A program made the position numbers and the translations under genes. Shown here piece by piece: positions 27,188-35,647 of a stretch of DNA of 64,000 nucleotides (position 1 is its first letter; each line of letters starts with the position of its first letter). The notes under the pieces were generated by a model. That model was not told the origin of the DNA and searched no databases. It saw nothing but the letters and a program-made list of their open reading frames with translations. Origin of the DNA: Bacteroidota bacterium (GTDB lineage Bacteria > Bacteroidota > Bacteroidia > Flavobacteriales_D > Sanyastnellaceae); contig JBJOFG010000014.1 in assembly GCA_046048875.1 (NCBI GenBank), positions 110,865 through 174,864 of the forward strand, in the 5' to 3' direction.

Positions 27188-28043
27188 ATTCCACAGCGTT
27201 CAGAACAGCGTGCGTATTTGCGTCAACCAAGTATCCAACTACCGTCATGTTTGTGGGCTCCCAATTTGCTTGTGCCGGAATGGTAAAGCTCATGGTTGAA
27301 GAGAAGCCAGGAGCGGGGCTGTTTACGACGAGATTCCCCATAGGCTCTGATACATTTATTCTCAGAACATGCTCGTGCTCATAATCTTCGATTTCAGAAG
27401 GAGTTTGACTATAATCTTCCTGAGGGCTAACTAAATGACTCTCGACTAAAAGCACCACCAAGTTAATGTTTCCTGTATAACCTTGAAGGAATTGAGAGTT
27501 CATGTGAATATTGAACACATTATCTGATTCAATAAACTCGCATTGAGCTTGCAGTTGAACCGGTGTAGATGCATTCATCTGATTGGTAACGATATTCTGC
27601 CAACTGCTCGGATTGGCAGGATCCAGGTATTCGTAACTACTTAGACCTCCTAAACGATCGATTCTTGCCGTTGGGTTAAAACCTCCATTGAGTTGGGCCC
27701 AATAGAGATTTCCTGCTGGGGTTGTGTAATCGGTGGTGAATAATGTCCCTCCGGTTTCAGCGAGTGAGCCAGCATGTATTGCAACCGTTACCATTCTTTC
27801 GCCCAAGGTAGAGTCAAGCTCTAAAGCAAGGTAAGTTGAAGGCGGGCAGAAACCGCAAAGGTGTCCCGTAAACTCTTCGAAGAGTACATTTTTTTCAATT
27901 TCGGTTACTGTTGAAAAAGTCGGCGCAGGACCGTAGAGATCATCACGATATTTATTTTTCGCGACAGTTACTGGATTTTCAATGCGATCACATGATCCAA
28001 AGAAAAGAGCAAAGCTCAATAGAAATATGGATATCTTTTTCAT
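27174..28043 (-). CDS. Omp28-related thioredoxin-fold lipoprotein with a CxxC motif
   Basis: 289 aa. Lipobox FFGSC followed by DRIEN. EEFTGHLCGFCP (CGFC) sits where a thioredoxin-fold active site would be. Confidence 0.5.
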   Translation of the reverse strand: MKKISIFLLSFALFFGSCDRIENPVTVAKNKYRDDLYGPAPTFSTVTEIEKNVLFEEFTGHLCGFCPPSTYLALELDSTLGERMVTVAIHAGSLAETGGTLFTTDYTTPAGNLYWAQLNGGFNPTARIDRLGGLSSYEYLDPANPSSWQNIVTNQMNASTPVQLQAQCEFIESDNVFNIHMNSQFLQGYTGNINLVVLLVESHLVSPQEDYSQTPSEIEDYEHEHVLRINVSEPMGNLVVNSPAPGFSSTMSFTIPAQANWEPTNMTVVGYLVDANTHAVLNAVEYEID

Positions 28044-28044
28044 A

Positions 28045-29730
28045 TTAAAAACTCGCTGTATACATTAATTCAAAACCATTGGTCGCAGGAACTGCGCGAC
28101 ATACGCCACCTATACAAAAAACACCTTCTCGGCGTTTGCCATAACCCAACGTCAATCGCTGAGAGCCGTTGATGTACCCTACTGTTCCAAACAAATAATG
28201 AATCTGTTTGTCAGGGTTTGGATTTCCATAATTGTATTGGTCAACAATTCCAATACTCCAATGTGGAGAATGCGAATATTCTGCAACGATAGTTGCCCAA
28301 TCTCCTTTATCCTGTTTTGTTTGCAACCCTTGTATTTCGAGGTGAAGATTGTCTTTCGGCGTGAACTTGTAATTCAATTCGAGAACTTCAATATTCGCAT
28401 AAACAATACCCTTGAAGTCGTTAGTTACCGGCGTTACGAGAGTATTGAACTCGAAGTAGAAGTAGGTGAATGATGTAGAGAATTTCTTACTTAGTTTTTT
28501 CTTCACTTCGAAATTAAAGTCTCTCACATATTTAGTTGGACCGAATTTGACAGAGTTTATTTGGTAAGCATCAGTGAAAGCTTCTAATCCGGAGAGCCGG
28601 GTGGTGTCTAGCCCATTTGCAGCTGCAAAATTTGCAGAAAGTTGAGTACCGTATTTTCCTCCGAGTTTCGTTCCCTTTTTAAAGGTGTAAAAAATCTCAG
28701 CCATATAACTCACTTCCCCTGTCAGCGGTGTCGCATATGGATAAAGCGTAGCGGCTAAGTTATAGGTGTGCTGCTTGGTGATAGATGGAAGGAAGTTCGT
28801 AGGCACATCGAAAAGCTTTAGATTTCGATCTGCACGAAAACTCATGTTATCAATAAACTTTACTGCCGAGTTAATTCCGAATCCATTGCCGCTGTATGAA
28901 GTGTTCAAGAAAAATGCTTTTCCTTTTCTGTAAATGAATGCATTGTCGGCACTTGGGTCATTGATTTTTTGAGCATACTCTCCAGAGATAGCGAGTGCGT
29001 CTCTATTCAATTGAAACCTCACTGCTGAAGTAGAAACATTGTTAGGGGTCAGAAAGACTAACGAATCTTGGAAACGGGTTTCTCCGTTTTGGTAGCGACT
29101 AACGAAACTTGCACCAAGACTAAGTTGCGTTTTTTTCTCACTCAACGATTTGAAAATTGAGTTTAAATTTAATTCGGCATCACTACCTCGAATAATTCCA
29201 TCGGCATTAATGATTCGACTATCAAAGTCAAGTCGCTGACGTCCATAAATACCCTTCAATACAATTCCTTTTTTAGGGGTAATGACGAGACGAGCGCCAT
29301 CAAGCGCATTGTCTATTCCAAGGTTAGGTTCCCAGTAGGTGCGAAGTGTTAAGCCATTACCAAACTGTTCGTAGAAATTACCAATTGTGACGTTGAAAAT
29401 ACTGTCTTGGTATTGAACATATCGATTGCCTATGCCTGTTCCTTTGTATCTGTTTTGCGCGCTAAACCCTTGGATGGCGTTGTTGTAAGTTTCAAATCTC
29501 ATCCCTGCGCTGAATCCACCTTGCGTGTACATCAGATTTCCAAAGCCATTGATTGCGGTGGTAGCTGGAGGAACAGTAGCGCCAATTAAACTGTCTTCAC
29601 TGTATTGTTGCGAGAGAAATTGAAAATTCCCGTGCAATTGTCCGGGTTTTTTGGGATCACCTTGGGCTCGCACTCCAAGAGCGACAAACAAAAAGGTTGA
29701 AACGACAAGTAACTTTTTCATTCTATTCAT
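28045..29730 (-). CDS. DUF6029-like large outer-membrane beta-barrel
   Basis: 561 aa. Signal peptide ...GVRA-Q, beta-strand periodicity throughout, terminal YTASF. Confidence 0.5.
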   Translation of the reverse strand: MNRMKKLLVVSTFLFVALGVRAQGDPKKPGQLHGNFQFLSQQYSEDSLIGATVPPATTAINGFGNLMYTQGGFSAGMRFETYNNAIQGFSAQNRYKGTGIGNRYVQYQDSIFNVTIGNFYEQFGNGLTLRTYWEPNLGIDNALDGARLVITPKKGIVLKGIYGRQRLDFDSRIINADGIIRGSDAELNLNSIFKSLSEKKTQLSLGASFVSRYQNGETRFQDSLVFLTPNNVSTSAVRFQLNRDALAISGEYAQKINDPSADNAFIYRKGKAFFLNTSYSGNGFGINSAVKFIDNMSFRADRNLKLFDVPTNFLPSITKQHTYNLAATLYPYATPLTGEVSYMAEIFYTFKKGTKLGGKYGTQLSANFAAANGLDTTRLSGLEAFTDAYQINSVKFGPTKYVRDFNFEVKKKLSKKFSTSFTYFYFEFNTLVTPVTNDFKGIVYANIEVLELNYKFTPKDNLHLEIQGLQTKQDKGDWATIVAEYSHSPHWSIGIVDQYNYGNPNPDKQIHYLFGTVGYINGSQRLTLGYGKRREGVFCIGGVCRAVPATNGFELMYTASF

Positions 29731-29761
29731 TAAGCGTCGAAAATACGGCGCATTCTGAAAT

Positions 29762-29782
29762 AAAAAAAGCCCTTTCGGGCTT
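29762..29782 (-). terminator. rho-independent terminator after the TlpA-like gene
   Basis: AAGCCC-tttc-GGGCTT, with a T-run on the minus strand (A-run 29762-29768). Confidence 0.7.
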
Positions 29783-29802
29783 ATAAGTTAGAATGAAGAG
29801 TT

Positions 29803-30288
29803 TTACTTCTTCAATTTTAAAAGTTGCTCATGTAATTCAGCCTCATCGCCTTCAGCATAGTTGTTATGCTGCCATACAATTTTCCCCGTTCCATCCACTA
29901 AAAAAGTATGAGGAACATTATTAACACCAAGAGCCTGTGCGAATTGTTTGTTCGTGTCTAATAGAATTTCATAAGGCCACATCACGCTACTAACGTATGG
30001 TGCAACTCGCATGACTGAGCGCTGATCATCGATAGATACAGCAATAATCTTTACGCCTGTTTCTGCCTGCCAATCTTCGTAAAGATCGAGGTAGTTATTT
30101 AATTCTTTTTTACACGGACTGCACCAAGTTGCCCAGAAGCAGATGAGCGTTGGCTTCCCATCTTGCGCAAGGGTTGCTGTGTTGATGGTTTTTCCGTTGA
30201 GGTCTTTTAATGAAATGCTTGGCAATGATTCTTGAGCAAAAGCTCCGATTGAAAAAAGCAAAAAGAAAATTGAACTTGAGATGCGCAT
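29803..30288 (-). CDS. TlpA/ResA-family periplasmic thiol-disulfide oxidoreductase
   Basis: 161 aa. Signal peptide ...GAFA-Q and the thioredoxin motif WATWCSPC. Confidence 0.85.
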   Translation of the reverse strand: MRISSSIFFLLFSIGAFAQESLPSISLKDLNGKTINTATLAQDGKPTLICFWATWCSPCKKELNNYLDLYEDWQAETGVKIIAVSIDDQRSVMRVAPYVSSVMWPYEILLDTNKQFAQALGVNNVPHTFLVDGTGKIVWQHNNYAEGDEAELHEQLLKLKK

Positions 30289-30334
30289 AAAATATTTTTT
30301 TTAAAAGTAAAAAACTTTAGCCAATGACTGTACC

Positions 30335-30365
30335 AAAAAAAAGGGCCGACGCATCGTCGGCCCTT
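30335..30365 (-). terminator. strong rho-independent terminator after the 505-aa T9SS cargo gene
   Basis: AAGGGCCGACG-cat-CGTCGGCCCTT (11-bp GC-rich stem), with a T8 run on the minus strand. Confidence 0.85.
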
Positions 30366-30384
30366 CTTCCTTGAAAAATCAAGA

Positions 30385-31902
30385 TTATTTTACAGAAACA
30401 CGAACAGTGTTAACAGTTCCGTTGATAGTTACATTCAACATGTAAACACCAGCAGAAAGGTTAGAAACATCTAAACGTGAAGTGTAGTTTCCAGCAGCTT
30501 GGCTACCTACGTACTCAGTCATTACGCGCTCTCCAAGAACGTTGATAACGTCAACAGTCACAACGCTGTTGTTAGTTAAACCGTAAGCAACATTGATGAA
30601 GTCGTTAGCAGGGTTAGGATATACATTAACACCAGCAGAAAGATTAACTTCTTCAATACCTACTACTGTATTTACGTTAGAAGGAGCAGCAGCTTCAGAG
30701 AAGTTGTAAGATCCATCGTAATTCCAGATAGTAGAGAAAGTAGAACCAGCATCGTTTACTGTTGTAACGTACATGTGTCCGTTTGTAGCAGCACCCCATT
30801 GTTGATCGTAGAAACCGTCACCATATGCATCAACTGCAGTGAAAGTGTAACATCCTGTAGATGGAAGGTAAACATGCTCAATTTTAGTTGAGTTGTCAGC
30901 AGGAACTGGAGCATTGCCATAATCAGCAGAAGCTACAACGTTTCCAGCATCGTCAGTGATAGACCAAGAAGACTCTTCTGGGTAACGGTCGAACAAGATG
31001 TCAATCTTTACGTGAGTTGTTCCATCAGCAGCAAATGCGATTGGAGCAGAAGTTGAGTTATTTGAAGTGTTGTCATCTGCAGAAGAGATAGAAACATTCA
31101 AAGTAGTTGAACCAGAAATAGCAACAGTACCTACGTTAACTGTTTCAACAGCATAAGTAGAAAGGTTTCCAGTCCAGTTGTAAGTCAATGGAGCAGTTCC
31201 ACCTGTAACTGTAATTGTACAAGCAGTCAAAGGAGAAGTACCATTGTTTTGGATAGTAACAGCTACATCAACGTCACCGCAAGTAGCTAAATCACCATCG
31301 TAGCTCAACATTGAAGGGTCATTCGCTTGAGAAGCCGCTGGAGGACACTCTTCCATTGTAGCGTATAAACCAGCACCATCTAATTGACCAACTTCAGTCA
31401 CAATGCGGTTAGGGCAAATGCGATATACAGTTGGGTAGTAAGCGATAGCGTAGTCATCGTTGATTGAGTTAGCAAGAGAAGTAGCTGGGTTAGCCAATGG
31501 GAAATCGATTGGAGTTCCAGTTGGGTTTAACCAGTTACCTTGAGTTGATCCACCAGTACCGTTCATATCAGCATCAGTAGTTGATCCATCGCCATCAATC
31601 CAAATAACCATTACGTCGTTTGTAGTTCCCGCAGAAACACCAGGAGCACCAGCAGGACCGTGGTTGATATATAGTTCGTCCAACGCACCAGAAAGGTGGA
31701 AGTTCCAACATGGTCCGCACCATGTTGCAGATACGTCAAGGAATACAGTGTATCCTTCATCCAAATAAGAGTACAAGTTGTGTGAATTACCGAATTGGTC
31801 AGTGATTGTGAAATCTTGACCAAATGATCCAGCAGGCAACTGTGCAAAAGACATTGTTGACGACATTACGGCAACAACCATCAAGAGTAGAGCTTTTTTC
31901 AT
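30385..31902 (-). CDS. T9SS type A CTD cargo protein with an N-terminal thioredoxin-like (WCGPC) domain
   Basis: 505 aa. Signal peptide ...MSFA-Q. DVSATWCGPCW motif at aa 57-66. The C-terminal ~80 aa (VYPNPANDFINV...LNVTINGTVNTVRVSVK) is the Por secretion tail pattern. Confidence 0.8.
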   Translation of the reverse strand: MKKALLLMVVAVMSSTMSFAQLPAGSFGQDFTITDQFGNSHNLYSYLDEGYTVFLDVSATWCGPCWNFHLSGALDELYINHGPAGAPGVSAGTTNDVMVIWIDGDGSTTDADMNGTGGSTQGNWLNPTGTPIDFPLANPATSLANSINDDYAIAYYPTVYRICPNRIVTEVGQLDGAGLYATMEECPPAASQANDPSMLSYDGDLATCGDVDVAVTIQNNGTSPLTACTITVTGGTAPLTYNWTGNLSTYAVETVNVGTVAISGSTTLNVSISSADDNTSNNSTSAPIAFAADGTTHVKIDILFDRYPEESSWSITDDAGNVVASADYGNAPVPADNSTKIEHVYLPSTGCYTFTAVDAYGDGFYDQQWGAATNGHMYVTTVNDAGSTFSTIWNYDGSYNFSEAAAPSNVNTVVGIEEVNLSAGVNVYPNPANDFINVAYGLTNNSVVTVDVINVLGERVMTEYVGSQAAGNYTSRLDVSNLSAGVYMLNVTINGTVNTVRVSVK

Positions 31903-31984
31903 TTGTTAAATTATTAATGGGTTTACTTTAGGGCAACGAATATAAAGAAATATTTCGCGTAATTACTTTTTATATCTTTGGAAA

Positions 31985-32698
31985 ATGAAAAAAAATCTTC
32001 TCTTTTTTGGATTAGCGCTATTCGGAATGAATGTTTCAGCGCAAACAATGGAATTGGTAAACCCTGTAACTCAGGTAATTGGTGATGCTTCGACTTTGTC
32101 CGGCGCCGGTGAAATGGTCGCTGAATGGCCTGTAACGAACATTTCAAGCAGTTCAATTTCTTTGAAATGTAGCCGCAGCGTCATCTCAGAAGTTGCTGGC
32201 ACCTCTAATTATTTTTGCTGGGGCGTATGTTTTGGCGAAACAACGAACGTTTCCTTGATTTCACAAACGATTCTTCCAAGTGATACAAATCATACTTTTT
32301 ATGCGCATTACAAGCCATTGGGCAACCCCGGAGAAACGCTAATCAGTTATTGCTTTTTTAATACCGCAAACCCATCTGATCAGGCTTGTCAGACTGTGAG
32401 TTTTTGTTACGAATCAGTTTGCCCTGTTGGTGTGAGTGAAAACACTGATTTGGCACTCAATCTGGTGGGAAGCAATCCACTAAGAGGAATGAGTTTCATC
32501 AATTATTCTCTTGGAACCGGAGAAACTCAGGGTCAGTTATTGATCACAAATACGCAAGGAGAATTAGTGAAGAAATCCACAATAAAGGGTAATACAGGCA
32601 GCATTCTTTTGAACTCCCAAGATTATGCAGCAGGTATTTACAATTTTACCTTAACCACAGCGAGAGGAATTCAAACGATTCGCCTTGTAGTAGAATAA
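31985..32698 (+). CDS. small T9SS type A CTD cargo protein (unknown function)
   Basis: 237 aa. Signal peptide ...NVSA-Q. C-terminal Por-tail-like region (GSNPLRGMSFINYSL...GIYNFTLTTARGIQTIRLVVE). Confidence 0.7.
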   Translation: MKKNLLFFGLALFGMNVSAQTMELVNPVTQVIGDASTLSGAGEMVAEWPVTNISSSSISLKCSRSVISEVAGTSNYFCWGVCFGETTNVSLISQTILPSDTNHTFYAHYKPLGNPGETLISYCFFNTANPSDQACQTVSFCYESVCPVGVSENTDLALNLVGSNPLRGMSFINYSLGTGETQGQLLITNTQGELVKKSTIKGNTGSILLNSQDYAAGIYNFTLTTARGIQTIRLVVE

Positions 32699-32720
32699 CG
32701 AATAAGGCATTGGCGCAAGG

Positions 32721-32752
32721 ACAACCTCGAATTTCGAGGTTGTTTTATTTTT
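32721..32752 (+). terminator. rho-independent terminator after the 237-aa cargo gene
   Basis: ACAACCTCGA-att-TCGAGGTTGT followed by a T-rich run. Confidence 0.85.
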
Positions 32753-32753
32753 G
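32746..32753 (+). promoter_or_regulatory. candidate -7 box (TAnnTTTG) for maeB
   Basis: TATTTTTG lies 18 nt upstream of ATG 32772 and overlaps the terminator T-tract. Confidence 0.35.
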
Positions 32754-32771
32754 CAAACCCAAAGAAAGAAA

Positions 32772-35051
32772 ATGAAGCAAATAAAGAGGAAAGAGGCGCT
32801 CGACTATCACGAGTTAGGAAGGAAGGGAAAGTTAGAAATTGTTCCTACGAAACCCTACAGTACACAAAGGGATTTGGCCTTGGCATATTCTCCAGGTGTC
32901 GCTGAACCCGTAAAGGCTATCGCTGAAAATATAGACGATGTATATAAGTACACGGGAAAAGGAAACCTTGTAGCTGTAATTTCAAACGGTACCGCTATTT
33001 TGGGTCTTGGAAACCTCGGTCCTGAAGCAAGCAAGCCTGTTATGGAAGGTAAGGGAATGCTCTTCAAAATATTCGCAGATATCGATTCAATTGATATCGA
33101 AATGAAGGCGACTGAAGTTGATGATTTCGTGAATACGGTAATCAATATCAGTCCAACATTTGGCGGAATAAATTTAGAGGATATTAAAGCACCTGAAGCT
33201 TTTGAGATTGAAGAAAGGCTTAAAGAGGCATTGGATATTCCAATTATGCATGACGACCAGCATGGCACGGCAATTATCTCAAGTGCCGCTTTGTTGAATG
33301 CTCTTGAGATTGCAGGAAAGAATATTGGGGACATTAAGATAGTGGTGAGTGGTGCTGGTGCTGCAGCCCTGAGCTGTTTGAATACAATGATTGGGCTTGG
33401 CTTGAACCCTGCGAATATTCGAATGTTCGATTCAAAGGGCCTCATCAACACTTCACGTGAAGATATTGATCACCGAAAGAAAAGATTTGCGGTTGACTCG
33501 AATGAAAATTCTTTGGCAGAAGCTCTTATTGACGCCGATGTTTTCCTTGGCTTGTCTCAAGGAAATATTGTTACTCCCGAGATGGTTCGCTCCATGGCTG
33601 CTAGTCCGGTAGTTTTCGCACTCGCGAATCCCGATCCTGAAATACCATATGAGGAGGCTATGGCTGCAAGGCCCGACGTGATTATGGCAACTGGAAGGAG
33701 CGATCACCCGAATCAAGTAAATAACGTTTTAGGATTTCCGTTCATCTTTAGAGGTGCGCTAGATGTCCGTGCGACGAAAATTAACGACGCCATGAAATTG
33801 GCTGCTGTTAAAGCTTTAGCTGAATTGGCGAAGGCTACTGTCCCTGAAGAGGTAATGGAAGCTTATCACATCACAAGTCTTTCATTTGGTAAAGATTATA
33901 TCATTCCTAAACCAAACGACCCTCGTCTCCTGGTTGCAGTTTCGACCGCGGTTGCAAAAGCGGCTATTGAAAGTGGAGTAGCGAAAAATCCAATTGCCGA
34001 TTGGGATGCCTATGCAAGTGAGTTGTTAGGTAGAATGGGACGCGATAACGCACTTACAAGAGGGATTTCTGAAAGAGCAAGAAAAGATAAAAAACGTGTT
34101 GTTTTTGCTGAAGGAGATAATCCTAAAATTCTGAAGGCCGCAGAGCAAGCGAAGGATGATGGAATTGCTATCCCAATTTTGTTGGGGCAAGAAGAAAAAA
34201 TTCGTGAGTTGATTCGCGAATTCGATTTGGATTTAGCTGATGTTGAAATTATAGATCCGCGTCTCGACTCTCACAAAGCAGAAAGGGAAAAGTATGGTGA
34301 ATTTTTTTACCAGAAGAGAATGCGTAAGGGAATCACCAAAACCGAAGCTTCTCGCATCATGCGTGAGAGAAATTACTTCGGCGCAATGATGGTAGAAACT
34401 GGAGTTGCTGATGCGATGATTTCTGGAATGACACGCAATTACGCCAAAGTTATTCGTCCAGGTTTAGAGACGATTGGAACTGCGAAAGATGTAAAAACCG
34501 TTTGTGGGATGTACATCGTTCAAACCCCAAAAGGTCCAATGTTCTTCGCTGATACAACCGTGAACCGAGACCCTACCGCCGAGCAGTTGGTTGACATTAC
34601 GCTATTGGTTGCTGACGCAGTATCCAAGATGAAGATTGCCCCAAGAATGGCCATGTTGAGTTATTCCAATTTCGGTTCCTCACATGGTTCAGATCCAGAA
34701 AAAGTGGCTAAGGCTGTTGCGATTCTTCATCAAAACCATCCGCACCTCATCGTCGATGGAGAGATTCAAGCGAATTTTGCATTGAATCCGGAAATGAGAA
34801 AAGAGAATTTTCCATTTTCTAAATTGGCAGATTCCAAGGTGAATACACTTATATTCCCGAATCTCTCATCTGGAAATATCAGTTACAAGATTCTTCAAGA
34901 AGTAGCTGGAATGGAAGTGATAGGTCCAATTTTGTTGGGAATGAAAAGGAGTTACCATATCTTGCAGATGGGTTGCTCGGTGCGCGAAATCGTAAACATG
35001 GTTCGCGTTGCAGTAGTTGACGCGCAAGCCAAAGGGACCTTAAACAGATAA
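32772..35051 (+). CDS. maeB: NADP-dependent malic enzyme (malic enzyme + phosphotransacetylase-like domain)
   Basis: About 759 aa. N-terminal malic-enzyme/Rossmann part (VVSGAGAAAL) and a C-terminal PTA-like half. ATG 32772 preferred over TTG 32751. Confidence 0.9.
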   Translation: MKQIKRKEALDYHELGRKGKLEIVPTKPYSTQRDLALAYSPGVAEPVKAIAENIDDVYKYTGKGNLVAVISNGTAILGLGNLGPEASKPVMEGKGMLFKIFADIDSIDIEMKATEVDDFVNTVINISPTFGGINLEDIKAPEAFEIEERLKEALDIPIMHDDQHGTAIISSAALLNALEIAGKNIGDIKIVVSGAGAAALSCLNTMIGLGLNPANIRMFDSKGLINTSREDIDHRKKRFAVDSNENSLAEALIDADVFLGLSQGNIVTPEMVRSMAASPVVFALANPDPEIPYEEAMAARPDVIMATGRSDHPNQVNNVLGFPFIFRGALDVRATKINDAMKLAAVKALAELAKATVPEEVMEAYHITSLSFGKDYIIPKPNDPRLLVAVSTAVAKAAIESGVAKNPIADWDAYASELLGRMGRDNALTRGISERARKDKKRVVFAEGDNPKILKAAEQAKDDGIAIPILLGQEEKIRELIREFDLDLADVEIIDPRLDSHKAEREKYGEFFYQKRMRKGITKTEASRIMRERNYFGAMMVETGVADAMISGMTRNYAKVIRPGLETIGTAKDVKTVCGMYIVQTPKGPMFFADTTVNRDPTAEQLVDITLLVADAVSKMKIAPRMAMLSYSNFGSSHGSDPEKVAKAVAILHQNHPHLIVDGEIQANFALNPEMRKENFPFSKLADSKVNTLIFPNLSSGNISYKILQEVAGMEVIGPILLGMKRSYHILQMGCSVREIVNMVRVAVVDAQAKGTLNR

Positions 35052-35052
35052 T

Positions 35053-35643
35053 ATGCTTTACTCACTAACAGGCCAGCTAATAGAAAAGTCTCCGGTGCAT
35101 GCTGTAATCGATTGCAATGGAGTTGGCTATTTTCTGAATATAAGTTTAGCCACCTACTCTGCCCTGCCGAATAGCGGCGATGTTATGCTCTATACGCATC
35201 TGCACGTCAATGGAAATGACTTCTCTTTGGTACTTTATGGTTTTTACTCCGATCAGGAAAAAGAGTTGTTCAAGAAATTGACAAGTGTTAGTGGTGTTGG
35301 TCCGAATACCGCTCGAATGGTGCTTTCAAGCCTGAATGTGAATGAACTTATTCAAGTAATTGCAAGCAAGGACCTTCCTTCTTTGAAGAGAATTAAAGGC
35401 ATAGGTGAGAAAACAGCCGAGCGTATCTTGGTCGATCTTCACAACAAAGTTGGAAAGATAGACGGGACAATCGTAGAAAAAATTGGAGGGGTGCACAATA
35501 CGATCCGACAAGATGCGTTAGTGGCACTGTCCCAATTGGGCCTAGACAAAACCAAAACTGAAAAAATGTTGGATAAGATTCTTCTTACCAATGGCGATTT
35601 GCCTTTGGAAGAACTTATCAAACAAGTGTTGAAACAGATATAG
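35053..35643 (+). CDS. ruvA: Holliday junction branch migration protein RuvA
   Basis: 196 aa. The N-terminal OB region (LTGQLIEKSPVHAVIDCNGVGY) and the HhH motifs (VSGVGPNTA, IKGIGEKTA) are typical RuvA. Confidence 0.9.
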   Translation: MLYSLTGQLIEKSPVHAVIDCNGVGYFLNISLATYSALPNSGDVMLYTHLHVNGNDFSLVLYGFYSDQEKELFKKLTSVSGVGPNTARMVLSSLNVNELIQVIASKDLPSLKRIKGIGEKTAERILVDLHNKVGKIDGTIVEKIGGVHNTIRQDALVALSQLGLDKTKTEKMLDKILLTNGDLPLEELIKQVLKQI

Positions 35644-35647
35644 CATT

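Noticed and set aside
31973-31980. Perfect TAnnTTTG box (TATCTTTG) upstream of the 237-aa cargo gene
   Set aside because: It ends only 4 nt before ATG 31985, whose signal peptide is convincing. As a -7 box it would imply a transcript starting at or after the ATG, so it was not listed as a promoter.
32855-33716. Long antisense ORFs (198 aa and 87 aa) inside maeB
   Set aside because: They lie opposite a confidently identified malic-enzyme gene. The translations are low-complexity (Ala/Ser/Ile/Pro-rich), typical of the mirror frame of a conserved gene.
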